From Botryllus schlosseri (Eukaryota), in assembly GCA_051294905.1 (NCBI GenBank), contig CM119371.1, positions 2,420,001-2,484,000 on the forward strand: a DNA stretch of 64,000 nucleotides, given 5' to 3'. Under the pieces are notes generated by a model. It saw only the letters and a list, made by a program, of their open reading frames with translations, was not told where the DNA came from and did not search any database. Shown here one piece after another: positions 33,583 to 47,523 of the stretch; the first letter of the stretch is position 1, and every line of letters begins with the position of its first letter. The translations under genes and the position numbers were made by a program.

Positions 33583-34377
33583 CAGGGGTGTCAAACTCAA
33601 ATTGCGTCGCGGGCCGGACCAGTCAACTGATTCCAAAATGTTACCTCGGGCTCTTGCTTTTCACTTGAATACCTTAATTGCATATATAGATAATACGCGG
33701 ATCATAAGGTTTTTGAAGTAGCAAGTCGCAAAACCTTTATTCGCGAACAATGGAATTGGCAAAAATCGATGATTGCCAGTTGAATACAGTTACGAACTGT
33801 TGAAACAGTGGCGTTAACGAAGATATAGGCCACCATATTCTCTGCTCCCTTTGATTTAGTCGTAGTCTGGCGTTGGCCCTGCATACAGGGTGCGAGGAAT
33901 ACAAGATATTTGATTGGAAACGCGGACGTTGGAGTTTAGTTTATTATTATCAAACCGCGAGTTCGGTTTCTCTGATGTGTGGGGATATATTGGGTCGAAA
34001 TTGACACCGCAGTGCGGCCATAAATCTTTCAATTATATATTTGTGCAACTAATATATTTTCCCTGTCCGCGTTGGCGTTTTCGCTTGTGTGAATAGCTAC
34101 CTTTTTGGTCCATATTTGAATAAAACTACGAACTTGGTGTGCACTTTTTGCCTTCTTGAAATTGGTTTCACCGACTTGGTACTATAGAGGTAACTAGAGT
34201 GAAACTAGAGTGCTGTAGTCTAGTAATGGGCATTATGAACATGGAAGTATTTTCTGCAAAATACCTCGACATTTGTTACAAATGTGCTGAAAAATATATA
34301 AAAAAATTTCAATCTACTCAAAATTGCTTCGCGGGCCGGATTAAATGGTTTGGCGGGCCGTATGTTTGACACCCCTG
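33583..34377. mobile_element. Charlie-like hAT MITE, 795 bp
   Basis: CAGGGGTGTCAAAC / GTTTGACACCCCTG; perfect TSD GTTTAGAG (33575-33582, 34378-34385); gcgggccg subterminal motifs. Confidence 0.93.
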
Positions 34378-36734
34378 GTTTAGAGTCAAGTGTACTTGTT
34401 TGATGCTGGTGTGATCAGACTAGATGACCTTCACGGTCTTGTCGATCATTCCTATCTAACACCGCATACTGTGCATGCATATTTTCTGTACCACCACCAC
34501 TGCCGTGTGTTATGTATTTTGGTTGGATGAAAATAAAGACTCTCTCTCTATATATACTGTATGTCTGCCAATACACAAGCTTCCAAACCAGGCTTTTGGT
34601 AACGTAATAATTATAGTGTGGAAATATTAATTTACCATGGCTTGTGAGAGCTACGATTAGTGGTGGGTATGATAAGTTAAACAAGTTTTACTATTGCGTC
34701 GCAGCAACAAAAGTTACACTGCGGTTGAATTTCATATTAGGTTTATTTGAATTATTCCAGGTCAGAAAAATTAACAATAACTATTCACAATTTTCATTCG
34801 CACTCATCCGGGATTTTCATTCGCACCGTTCGCACCATGTTCGTCATTCGCACTGCATTTTTTTTCATTCGCACAAGTGCGAACCGTCACACAGGTTGAA
34901 AAGCACTGGCACAGACCTTTTCGGCCAAGCTTTTCTCGCTGCCGATCGTTCTGGCACACTTATTGGAGTCTCCCTCATGTTATATGGCCTAAAACTTGAT
35001 TGTATGTCTTGGTGGGTGGGGGCGCGGTAATGGCCCAATACCCAATAATATAGATAAAAGGCTACTTGAATTCGCACGCAGCGCGAAAAAATTTTGAAAA
35101 GATTGCATAAATTTTCAAAAAATACTCTATGATTTATGCTAATTCACGAAATAATTTTGGGCCCCCTTCGAGCTCGGGCCCCCCCCAATTGGGGGGTTTG
35201 GGGTGCGGCAGTTACGGTGCTGGTTACAGCAAGTGGAAGAGGTGGACCGATATCGACCTAGCCGATGATCGAGGCCAATGTTCGGAACATCGCTCCGAGT
35301 TCTCAGTCTCAGAAAATCGACGACACAAAGGGGGCTGCGTGACAGATTGCCCTTGCAGGACAAGTTGAACTGGGTGAGCATGCAGTGAAACTATGCTTCC
35401 TGCATGACAGCCTACCTCTACTGGACTGATCTGTGATTCTGCATCATCTTTTGCTCTTTGGGATATCCCACATTTCAATGAATATGCACAATTAAGCAAT
35501 AATTGTTTTCTAGTTTATTGGTCAGCTTTCTGTGGCATGTACAAGAGACAACTACCCTAATCTAACAGAACAGAATAGAGTGGGGCTGTTCGAAAAAATC
35601 TTTTTTTTCTGAATCTTGTTGGCTGCATCATTAAATCATTAGTTTGGCTCAAAATTTCAAATTTTTGGTCGACCCCAAGAAATTGTTGCGCTGTCTTCAA
35701 AAACGATCCAAAACAAATTTGACTCAATTCCAACCAGTAAAAGCGGGGACATTTGAGTTTTTCTTTGATAATTCTGGGATTATCCTTGATCGGTGGATAA
35801 TCCAAGAATTATAAAAGAAAAACTCGAATAACTCTGCTTCTACTGGTTGGAATCGAGTCAAATTTGTTTTAGATCGTTTTTGAAGACAGTCGCAAAAATT
35901 TCCCGAGGTTGACAGAAAAATTTGAAAATTATTTTTTATGGCAGTTTTAGGTAAATTCTAAATTTTCACACTGTACGAATTACGCCCTTACCGGTTGGAA
36001 TGAATTCACATTTCGTGTGCATCGATTTTTTAAGGCAACCTAATGATTTAATCACGTAGCTAACAAGGTTCACGGAAAAAAAGTTATTTTGAACAGCACG
36101 ACTGCACAGCCTGTCGTAGTGGTCTGGCGGAAGAGATGGACATGACCTATTTTGCACCATTCACCCATGATTCAGCAACTACATGATACTGCACTATAGT
36201 TGTTCCAGTCGCAAATGAATAACTTTGCACAACATAGAGGCAACTAGAGTGGAACATGGCGTTACTAAAAAATCATGACTTTGCAGTTCCAATACAGCAG
36301 TTTTCTAAAGAAAATAGCTTTGGCCCAAAAATATTCATGATTTTATCTTTAATTTGATATCACTTCATTTTTGGAGCGAAGTGACCCTTGAAACCAATAA
36401 TTTTTGAATATTTTTGTACGACAACATTTTTCAACAACTGATGCTTCAGCAATACCTAAACATGTTTTGCATACCATTGGAAAACAAAATGCATGTAAAT
36501 GCTGGTTTTATTTTTGTTTTAATTGGGATCAGGTTGTCGACCGCACACTTTGACAACTCGATAATTCTAGTTGTATAATTTCTCTAAATCAGAGCGAAAT
36601 GACAGTAATCTAAATTTAAGCTAATTTGGAAAAGTCCATAATTTTCTAGTTTTCCAAGCCTGACCGACCGGTGGTCTAGAAGGTCCGCCCTACAATACTG
36701 ACAATTTTTTTGCTGAATATTAGACCGCACATAC

Positions 36735-36857
36735 CTGGTCATAAGAGACCTTTCCTGCCGAGATACAAATCCCTCTTGCCATCTTTCTCAATCCTTTATT
36801 TCTTTGTCTGCTCACAGCTTGATCAACCCGAATTTCATTCCCTTCCAGGTTGTTGCC
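36735..36857 (-). pseudogene. RBM28: RBM28-like pseudo-exon (end of RRM3 and linker), copy D
   Basis: ctgcag acceptor and gtatgt donor. GNNLEGNEIRVDQAVSR / KDGKRDLYLGRKGLL*P matches GLKLDGRQLKVDLAVTR...RNLYLAREGLIR. Confidence 0.8.
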
Positions 36858-39800
36858 CTGCAGCGGTAGTCATGAAGTCACACATATGTTGACAGACAGA
36901 CTTGTACAAACTATCATCCAGTTAGTAGGTGATCAACTAACCACTGATTATTTAGTAGTTCTGGTTCTAGTTGCGGATTTCGGAAAGTGGAGAGTTTCAG
37001 TTGCGCATTTCAGAAAATAATTTGTGGTACAATGATTTGGGCACCGGTACTCAAATCTGAATCAAGCACCGTAACTGTAATGATTCGAGTCGCTCAGTGA
37101 AAGACGTGGACTAATGAAACTTTACGCCCAGTTCCATCGAAAAGTTATAATTGCATCAACTTTCTGAAACCTCGATTAGCTGTATCCCAACATACGAAAC
37201 ATATTGTACAAAGCTATGCACGTTAGCGTCAATGACATTTCTGTGTAGCTGTGATCGCAAAGCCAAATGAAGTATTTTCAAAAAATACCAAATCATCATT
37301 ATGTGGTGAAGAGCTGGCATTATGTTTCGTAGTTGCATGAAAAGTAGGCAAGCTTTTGGGTCTCCACTATACTTATATTGCCTTCATGAGTGATTATAAT
37401 CACATATATCATATATCAAATACTCAACGTGAAGCCTAATTTAAAATAGAATCACTCATGCACTATGTATTCACTCATGTAAGTCTAGTAATTACGAGCA
37501 AACCTTTTTCCTGCATGATTTTGCCTCCAGCATCATCGTCCATCGGTAATTCCATTTCAAGTCAACAATACAGTGACCCAATAGGTCTCAGATTTTCATT
37601 TCATTTTAGGAGTGAATCTGGTATCTAGCTCTGAGGGTGGAAAACATGATTTTTTCAATATCCATACACTGAAACCATTTTGTGCTCACTCAACGATGAA
37701 GTTTAATTAGCGGTACCGTAGTTTCATATTCCCTGTTACAATACGGTCATAAAACAGTGTGTACCGGTATTAAAGTAGTTAAGAGCGGATGATGGCTTTT
37801 AATAACAGAATACAAGAAACTCTTGATATTGAAGGGAAAATTTTCTACAAACAAATGGAGTCAGGGGTCAATATCAGTCTTAATAGCCTACCCCTTTCAA
37901 TATCCATCATGCGTGACACAAACTTGGAACATTTTAAGCGCTATTCTGTCTACATAAAAATTGGAAGCAACTTCTTATATGAAAGCTGGTTTGGGAGAGA
38001 AATGTGACTTACATGTTTTGCCTAATAATATGTAATTGGTAGGCTATTAGACCTAGTCTAAATCAACTTCATACATAGATACTTCCGACTCCAATCTGTA
38101 ATTCAATTTCAGATCAAACAAAGATTAGATTGGGTATCAATAAAGTTTCAGATTTTGCAAATATTTGGATCAAGACATTATGAAGTATGAGTTGATATGA
38201 TTGAAAAGCAATTTATTTTAACGGAATACCGATAGGCCAACATGAGCGTTATCAGGTTATCCCATTAAAAAAAAGCTTTTTCTGCTTATTTAACCTTGAA
38301 ATGAAAGTTTTTCAAGCTGATTTGAAATTGTCTGTAAATGAGATACTCTGGCAATAAATAGTTGTTCTCATTGTTATCTTACATAAGTTGATTGATTTTA
38401 TCATGCAAGAGTTGAGGTAATAATTTCAGGTACACAGCCCCTAATGTCTCCCTCTCATTTCTGTCTATATCGTAGGTCTACTTCAAAAGTTTTGTGAAGG
38501 TTGTCACATGAATTCGGTTGCAACATGGAGCATGTACTTAAGTAATGAGTTAGATGCCAAAATTCTGTAACTAGAATATGGAGCATAATTTTCAGCTATA
38601 AATCACCACATTTTTATAATCTGAAATACTCCCTGTAGTCCAAGTTCGTGAGTAAATATTACATAAAAACTCCTTTCCTGAAGATTCTATGCGGAAGGTA
38701 TTATACGACACTATTTACCAAAAAATTCAGACAAACAGAAATGATAGGGAGAGTTATGAAATATGTTTACACACAGCGATTTCCATGGGCTTCACCTTCA
38801 GCTACATTCTTGGCAGGGCACCAAAGATGAATATTTTTTCACTGGCTTGCTGAATTCATCAATTTATGCAACATGACAACATTCTCAGGTATAAATAACT
38901 CATTTATACAGACACAAGTTCAGATCTGCATAAAAACAGCACTTGGATTTCACGGTTAAATGAGCAGAAAGCTTGTTTTCATTATGCGATAACTTGAAAA
39001 CTTCATTCAAAATGGATACCGGTAGCTATCTACTCAGCTATAGCCTTTCACAAGATGATGAGTCAAATTTCAGCAAAATCTGCAACTTTATGGAAACCGA
39101 ATTTCTCTTTGGTTCATTTCACATAGAATTACCTATATACAGCAGTCACAAATAATCCGGTAAGCTGGCTTGATCATGGTTCATGGCTTAAGGTTGAACT
39201 TAATCAGACTTGCAGCATCATTTTACATTCAGTAATTTCATTCTCAAGTGATGCAGGAACGAACGATCGATACTCCATGGAAACTCGAATACCATGTTTG
39301 ATAGAAGCTGTAAGCCAATATGTTATCGGTGTCTCGTACGGACTAAAGACTCTACTGAATATACACAGGCGTGAAGCAAGACGCTGAGAACCGTCTTGGC
39401 ACACCAACCATATTACTCTAAACATATCAGGATTCCATTGTCGAGCATATTGATTGAATACATAAACACTTCTTCCTTGGCGAGAGCGATTTTCAGAGTC
39501 CGGGGTTACCGGTATTGACTATCAAGCCATGTTACCATTTCAAAAGATTTCACATCACACCAAACCTTTCGTAACAAACTGATGCAGCCAGAGGCCATCA
39601 CAATTTCGAATTGGTAACGTCTATTCCTATCAATGTACCAAGACTGTACTATTGCATGTGAGCATAGTAGAAGCGCGATACGGTATCCCAATAAAGCACT
39701 GGTCAACAATCAATCAACATCAAGTAGCTATACGTTAGGTTTGCGCATTCGCCCATTCGGTATCGTGGAGATCCATCTATTCTTCCTAAATTCAGGTGTA

Positions 39801-42800
39801 AAACATTACCATGTCATTCTTTTTCGCTTTATCCAGTAATATAAGTGAGTCAGCCTGTACTCTTAAAAATTAGCTATATCTACAACGTCCGATCGAATTA
39901 AAACTGATATTAGAACACACAATCAGCTGATTTCATTACATGTTTTGACTCAGAGCCATTCATGCACGTGAGACATTAGCTCCACCACGCGGAAGAACGA
40001 AAGGCGTCAAATTGATAGCATCATCCAGTTTGATATTACATTTCGTTCATAATCTGTTAAGTTTTTTCATCTCTCCGAATTTTATTCTCCTGTACATATC
40101 GTTATCATCGGATGAGTCGATAAAACGCACACTCGAATAGGGTACGTAATATAAGCATTTAAAAGAACTATACTGCCAGAAATGTAAGGAGCCATCGACG
40201 CATGACGCCCTTGGAAACCAAGGAGACCGCTTGACTAGTAACCGCTGTATATATCGTTTTGCACTTACCCTATGCCAAGGTCGGGCAACTCCTCCGGTCG
40301 GTGAGCCGGATATGGGAAAATTAAGCACTCGACGGGCCGGATTACAGAATATATACATTATACCGTAATCGCATATCCACCTCTACAAGGTATCAACTGT
40401 GTTTAATGTAAGCCTGACGAGTGTCAGCCGAAAATATTCGGGTTCATTTCAATATGAATATACTATTTAATTCAAGTTTAAAGCATACCGATACCGGTAG
40501 ATATCAAATCAGTATTTATTGAATTTATTTACAACAGCTATTTAATTCAATCAGACATCCGGGGTCGCTCAATGCTGTGAACTTGTTTTTTGAACTCTGA
40601 TTGCATGTCATATGTAAAAACCCTTAGTGAAGACTGCATGCGACCATCAATTATATTGGAACGCAGCCTTGTTCGTGGCAGCGTTGGGATTATGTCACTG
40701 CCTTCGAATCACAAGTCATCTCGCTGCTCATTTCGACTCTAGTCAAGTCAATTCACTTGATTTTCATAGGTGACAAGGGTCAAGTCAAGTCACTCGATTT
40801 TTGGAGGTGACCCGAGTCACGTCGAGTCAATTCAAGTCACGAGTCAAGTTGAAATTTCAAAGTACTAGACATGATCCAAAGTCATTACTAGCCCAATTTT
40901 TTTTGGACACGTCTAAAAAAGTCAAAATTTAATTTACATAAAAAAGAAGTCATTTTCACTCCACCCTACAACGCATGCCTATTGACATTCCAACATTTGA
41001 CGATCCTCACATCTTCACCAAGTCTACCTGCCTCTCATTCGCATTAAGTTCTGACACATGAAATGATTGTCTGGCATTTATCCTGATTGCTACACAACCT
41101 TTTGTCAAATTGCATGTGGTCGCATAAAATACATTGTAAAACCAAAAGAAAATGCAATGGTCAAATGACTAATTAATATTTATTTCAAATCAATTCTCTA
41201 CATTTCATAACATGAAAACGCAGCCCAATACAACATAAAATCACGTAAATTACAGCCACTACTCTCTAAGTCTAAGATGAAGATACTTATTAGGAGTCAT
41301 TACCAATACTCTGAGTTGTCTGTTGTGGATAATGTCAGTATAATTGCAAATTAGTCACAATGGACAGTGAGGGCAATTTATAGAATGTCAAGCAGCAAAT
41401 CATAATATCTCAGTAAAAAGGGAACATTGTATCACATTCATAAGATTATCTGAAATTTCGATTGTTATGGTGCATCAAGTCACTGAGAATCAAGTAATCA
41501 CATACCAATAACAAACGAGCACATCAAGAGGGATAATCCAATTATATTATGCTTGAAGCATTTAGAAACACTAAGGTAGCAGAAAGCTTGTTCATTGGTC
41601 ATAGAAGCAAGAAAAATCGTTGGCTCGAAGTACAGAGACCGTCATTCTACAGAATAATATCAAAGTCATGAAATATCTTGCTAATGGAAGTTCTCAACTC
41701 GGTAAGTTTACTATTCAACACTCTCTCGAAGTCAACTGTACTAAAGATATGGAGAAAGATCACAAGATCATGATGGAGCATAGAGAATCCTACATAATTG
41801 ACATTACAATGGATTTCATACACTACACTACAATTATTTTCAACAAAATTTTATATTTTATATTTTTTTAGGTTTTTTGAAGTATTTAAGTTCTATCATA
41901 ATACATCACACAAAACATAACAACACTACACACTGCACATCTAAGAATATAACAATTTTTTTAAATCATTTTTCCATATTTATGTATTTTTGTAACTTGT
42001 ATTATAATCAATTATTTCAAGGTGTACACCATGAAATACATTTATATATTTTATCCCGTTATTTGATTCTACCTTGCGAATCAATCATTATAACAACAGA
42101 AAATCAACGGCTTGAACTCTACCGTAGTGAAACCGTTTGCACATTGCAATCAACTTAAACATTCATTTTCGGAAATATTTAGGATCGACGTGACGCTTAC
42201 GGTATTGCCATTGTTTTCGTCTGATTGCGAATTTTTTTGGCAACTGTTTTGGTTACCTAATTGTGAAATGCAATGTGCACAATCCAAATAGTATTGCGAA
42301 ATTGCATTAATTAAACATGAAATAGCCAGTTTAAATTCTGAAATGAAATGCGGTAATTCTAATCTCCATATTTCAATTTTGCTGATGAGAAAATGTTGGC
42401 TCTTGTACGCGATCAACGATGTTGCATCTGTGGTCTTCTCTAGTGACTGAAAAACAAGTATCTCTGAATAAATCAATATCCTAATTCATCAATTACGTCT
42501 GCAAACGATTCGGACTATGAGCCTGAGATGGACTGATCACGCGGGTATGTCATTACACTGCATAAAATAGAATTGGACTTTTTGTAGATGACCTGCATGG
42601 GCTCATAGTCGGATAGATTTTAGGGATTTATTCTACAGGTGGATTGCGCATTTATATTTTCGCTATACGATTCTCAGGTATCTTGGGCACACAATTCAAT
42701 ATACACTAACATATTCATTCAGTACTCCCATTTCATGAAAATAAACCTGCAGACAAAACATCGTATCCCAGGGATCGGTATTGGGTGGGACGGTTTACTT

Positions 42801-42914
42801 GCTAGAGGATATTTTTGACAGTTTACATTTTAATTAGGGAAATTGCGGTGCAGTTAACAATGTCAAGTATCAATGTCACATAAGAAGTATCTCTACAGCT
42901 TCTTAGAAAGAAAT

Positions 42915-43875
42915 TATATTTTTAATGCCACAAGGATCATCTCTATGAGTGGAAAATTCATCAAAACTAGGGACTTACGTTTCTTCTTCAAGGTAGCCTA
43001 AAATAGGTGACGATAAGTGCACTACTATCATGCTTAGATAATAAGACAATTCTAGTTGTCTAATCAGACTAGTTTGTGTGAAATGCCGGTAATCTAATTT
43101 GAATCCTTTTTGAGAAATGATTCTCTCCTCTAATTCTAATGTAATTTGTCAAATATTTATTTGTTCTCATGTTGGTTCAAACCCTATCTCTCGTTTTCCT
43201 GTAAATGCTACTGAGAGAACTGTATAGTGCGAAACGAGCCAAACTTGCTTCAAAGACATTTTCTATTATCATGCTCATAAGAATAAATCATGATTTGATA
43301 GTAATGGAACTGGATTCAATGACATAGTTTTTGTGGCTTCAGTAATTTTAATTCCAATCTAATTTGGAAAAATGTATAATTATACCGGCAGTTTTATTGT
43401 ATGAACAGCTTGTTTCATGAAAAGTATATTTTTAATGCCATTAGGATCATCTGTATGAGTGGAAAATTCATCAAAAATAGGTACATGCGTTTTATCTTCA
43501 AGGTTGCCTAAATTAGGTGACGATAAGCGTACTACTATCAGCCTTGGATAATTAACTAATTCTAGTTGTCTAATTAGACTAAATAGAGCTAAATGCCAGC
43601 AATCTAATTGGAATATAATTTGTGAAATGATTCTTGGCCTTGATTTTGTGAAATTTTTATAAGTTCTCATTTCAACGCAAAGCCTATCTCTAGTTTTCCT
43701 GTAAATGCTACTGAGAGAATTGTATAGTGCCAAACGAGCCAAGCTTGTTGGACAGACCTTTGTTATTATCATGCTCATGAGATTGAATCATGATTTGATT
43801 GTAACAGAACTGGATTCAATGACCTAGTGTTTGCGGATTCAATTCTAATTACAATCTAATTTGGAAAAATGTGCA
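42915..43875. repeat. Diverged direct tandem duplication, ~500-bp unit
   Basis: tttaatgcca at 42921 and 43431; gtaaatgctactgagagaa at 43201 and 43701; aatttggaaaaatgt at ~43361 and ~43858. Confidence 0.9.
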
Positions 43876-45370
43876 GCTACTATAGTTTTAATGTATTTTC
43901 AGAAAATTACTGCGATAATTATAATTCTACTATAATTTGGAAATAACTGTGTAGCGGCAATTTTTATTCTAATAAATGTTGGGAAAAATTGTAACTGTAA
44001 TTCCAGTTTGAATTCGAATCTGAAATCTTGTCGATTTGTGGCACAACTCTCGAAATCAAGGCGAGGGGAACAGAAAATTTGTAAGCTATCACTTTGACAA
44101 CCAGTGACAGTAATAATATTTGAAATTCACATACTCCAGTACTTTTCAAACTTTCATTTACACTATTGCTACATGTACCCGAGTAAAAAATGAACGGAAT
44201 CACCCCAACTTCTCTTCGAGTTCAATCAATGACTATTTCGATAGTCTCTTTAAAAATTATGTGACAACATATTACGTCCAATAACTATATTTCTTTCACC
44301 CCCAGCAGCTAAACATCCGGACGCATTAAATCTCAGTTTCATAATACAACAAATATTTCTCCCAATAAAATGAAATCTGTGTGGTCTGAATGCAGCAAGT
44401 GATCATGAATCGAAGTGACGCAATAATGCTGAAGATCAACTTTAGTATACATTGACAGAGGTGGTCAGTAACCAACTAACTCCACTTTTTCAAAGTATAA
44501 AAGTGCGTTTTGCCCACTTACACTACTTACTTAAGTAGTTATTAGTTCAAACTACTTCTACTTCTATTTGACAATTTTCATTTTTTTCAGCAAAACTAGG
44601 AGTGATGTGAAAAGTATGTCGCGACTCGATGTGAAATGATGCATGACAGCGCTATTATATTCTTGCAGAATAAACAAAGTCCTTTCTCCACAAAGCTACG
44701 TGTGTAGCACCGCGTGTCAACGTTATGATGTCACTATCCGACATTACATCAGTTAATATTGTATATTAATTTAAATAATACACAGTTTGCATCACAATAT
44801 TTCTAAGCTGTTGTTTGGGACCGGATGTGCATGAGAATGGATTGACGATGTAATGGAAGGACAAATGTCAACTCTAATTTTAGAACAGTCAGACTTCGTA
44901 ACGTCTACTCACCTATACTGAAAATTGTAGTCGAGTCGCTGCCAGGCATCCGTTTCTCGGATCACTGAAATAAGAAATAAGTTATATATCTTAAAATGCT
45001 TGTTAGCAAAAGATGTATGCATCCTATGAATTGTGCTCTGTTGCTGAGCCTATTGCGTAATATCCGAAACAGTCATCAGGCTCAAAGAAAGTTAAAATAA
45101 TCAAAAATATAAATGAATTGGGTTATGGTAGGTAGGCGTACGGAACTTGCGCTTATCTACTATTTCAAATCCGAATCCTATTCCTGATGAAACATTGAAA
45201 TCCAAGTACAAATCCATATTTTATTTTGTCTCGCGTCCATATTTGCGTCCAATCCGGTAATGGCTAAAACTTGATCAAAAAGTCGCATGAAAATGAAAGT
45301 TACGTGAAATTCTATGTCAAAGTACGAATGAAAATCCATCTTCGAATGAATCATAAACCATTATCTAAAG

Positions 45371-45768
45371 CAGTCATTCCCAGCGTGAGAGATATCGACC
45401 CCCAACCCAGCGGACGATTTGGCGGTGTAGGGGGTCGAAAATTACGAAGCGGGCGTTAGGTGGGCGAAAATAGACAAAGAGGGCAACAGGGGGCGAAAAT
45501 AGCGAAGGTGACGATAGGGGGGATGGCATGTTGAAACGGCTATATTGGAGTCAAGTCGCAGAAATGACCTTTTTTTAGTCAACCGTCAAAAATTTAGCCG
45601 CAAAAGTGTAAAACATCGATATCAAGCCAACAAGTTGACCTTTTTTTATTCAACCCGCCGGTGATTACGGTGTCTATGCCCATTTTTCGGTTCACAAAAT
45701 TTGGGGGGCGACGATCGGTGTGGTGCTTGAAAATGGGGCGTTGATTCGAAGCAGGTTGGGAACCACGG
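45371..45768. mobile_element. Charlie-like hAT MITE, 398 bp
   Basis: CAGTCATTCCCA / TGGGAACCACGG; perfect TSD ATCTAAAG (45363-45370, 45769-45776). Confidence 0.85.
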
Positions 45769-47523
45769 ATCTAAAGCCAGACAAAAGAGATGACAGGTGT
45801 CCTCAATACCATAGAGATGCATAGAGTGGATTCGCAATATCGTGAAATTATTTGTTATAGTTTCCGTTCAAAAGCGGTGGCTTTTAAAGGGAACATTGCT
45901 GCGGCCAAAATGTTTTTCACACTCTCCGCTTTCATTTCAGACAACATTATATTTAGAGCGCAGTGTCGTTTAAATATGTTATAGTTATGTCAGTGGGCAG
46001 TGAAAGGAGAAATCACACACAATATGATGCCCGGCGGTACAATGCATATTACATATAGCTAATCCGATTAGATATGGGAATGAGTGAAAGTAACTCTAAT
46101 CGATTTGTAAATTTATAGTAGGCCTACTTGATTAGGTTGGACAAAACGATTTCGGATTTAATGCAATGTTATTGAATATAATTCAGTTCTACCTAAAAGA
46201 ATGCACAATGCACATTAATGATGAAATGATTCGTATCAACGCCAATATAAAAAGTGGGATGCTGTATGACATAAAACCACGAATCCTGCAGAGATGTGGT
46301 CAATAACGCAGTAACTCTACTTTATCAGACTACTCAAGTAGTGCTGTCTACTTGCATCGCTTAATCAAGGGTTGTCATTTTAGACTACTTCTGTTTCTAA
46401 TTCTTGTCACAGTTGTTAGTCAAAACTGCTTGCTTTATACAATATTGATTTTTAAAGTATCAAGTTGTTCCTAGCTGCGTATTCGTCCTCGTTTTCAGTG
46501 AAATTCTTATAGGAGCCGCCTTAAATAGCCCAAGTATCACGGTGACTGCATGAACATATTTTCAAAGATTCCACTCACTTGCAGTGTCATTAGTCATTTT
46601 GCATTAGCAGCGAAGATATATCTTGGAATTTCGAAAGTAGATATCTCCTATAAACTGCTAAAAGTATGCGGCCTTTCGACCAAATCTACTTTTTGAAACA
46701 ACTTATTTCACTAGATTTCGGACCAATACATTTTATTCTTCCGCCTCAAGTAAATTTTTGATTTTTTGGAAATTCCTACTTCTACTTGTATATCAGCAGC
46801 AGCTTACGGCGCTATTTATTGTTCTACATGAGTCTTAACTCTGACTATTTTGACTGCCTCTAATCATTCATGAACTCGTGTTAGCAACTCTCAGAACCGA
46901 TTGGAGTCTGCTTGGTCACCAGATGTCGTAAATAAGCTGCATGAAGTATTACATTTGTTCCAAAGTTATATAAGTATATGAAAGTGGTTTACAAGTTTCT
47001 TTTACTTATCGTCCCCTTATCAAGCTCGATATATCTTTATCACGCCCCATAATGGTAGAAGTACTATCAGCGGCTAAGTAGTTGTGCTTTTCTGTATTAC
47101 TTATTATTATATACTTGTTTCGCTTACTCAAGTAGTTTTGTTCGTATACTACCTCTACGTCAACAATTTTTATATGGTGAATACTAATTTTTGCATAGTT
47201 GACATTGTCAAGTAAAAGTAGATTTTGACGCACTTTAACGATGCCTTGCTTCGAAATTGATATGCAAGCTCACAATCAGCAACGTGTGAGATACTGAGAT
47301 AGCATGCCTGAATTCCCAACTACAATTAATCGTATTAAGTATGGGATATCGAATGAAATTAAAATTCATGAATACTGTGCGTTATCACATAACCCTGATA
47401 ACGACACTATGTCATGCATGAAACTAAAGCTGCATGATTTCTAGCGTTAGTACCGAATTGGACCTGAATTGACCATTTCATTCAAAGTGATCGCGCTTAT
47501 TTAATATACCTAATAAAACGGAT

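Larger units (their letters stand above)
30996..34908 (-). mobile_element. Decayed hAT (Buster/Charlie-like) transposon
   Basis: TIR CAGTGCTTTTCAACC / GGTTGAAAAGCACTG; TSD GCATAGAC / GCACAGAC (7/8); cattcgcac subterminal repeats; transposase remnant inside. Confidence 0.88.
30009..35222. mobile_element. Outer hAT-type element hosting nested insertions
   Basis: CAGGGCCGTAAC / GTTACGGTGCTG (10/12 match); perfect TSD GTTACAGC (30001-30008, 35223-35230); GC-rich ggggccccc subterminal motifs; internal duplication ~30020-30370 vs ~30400-30700. Confidence 0.8.
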
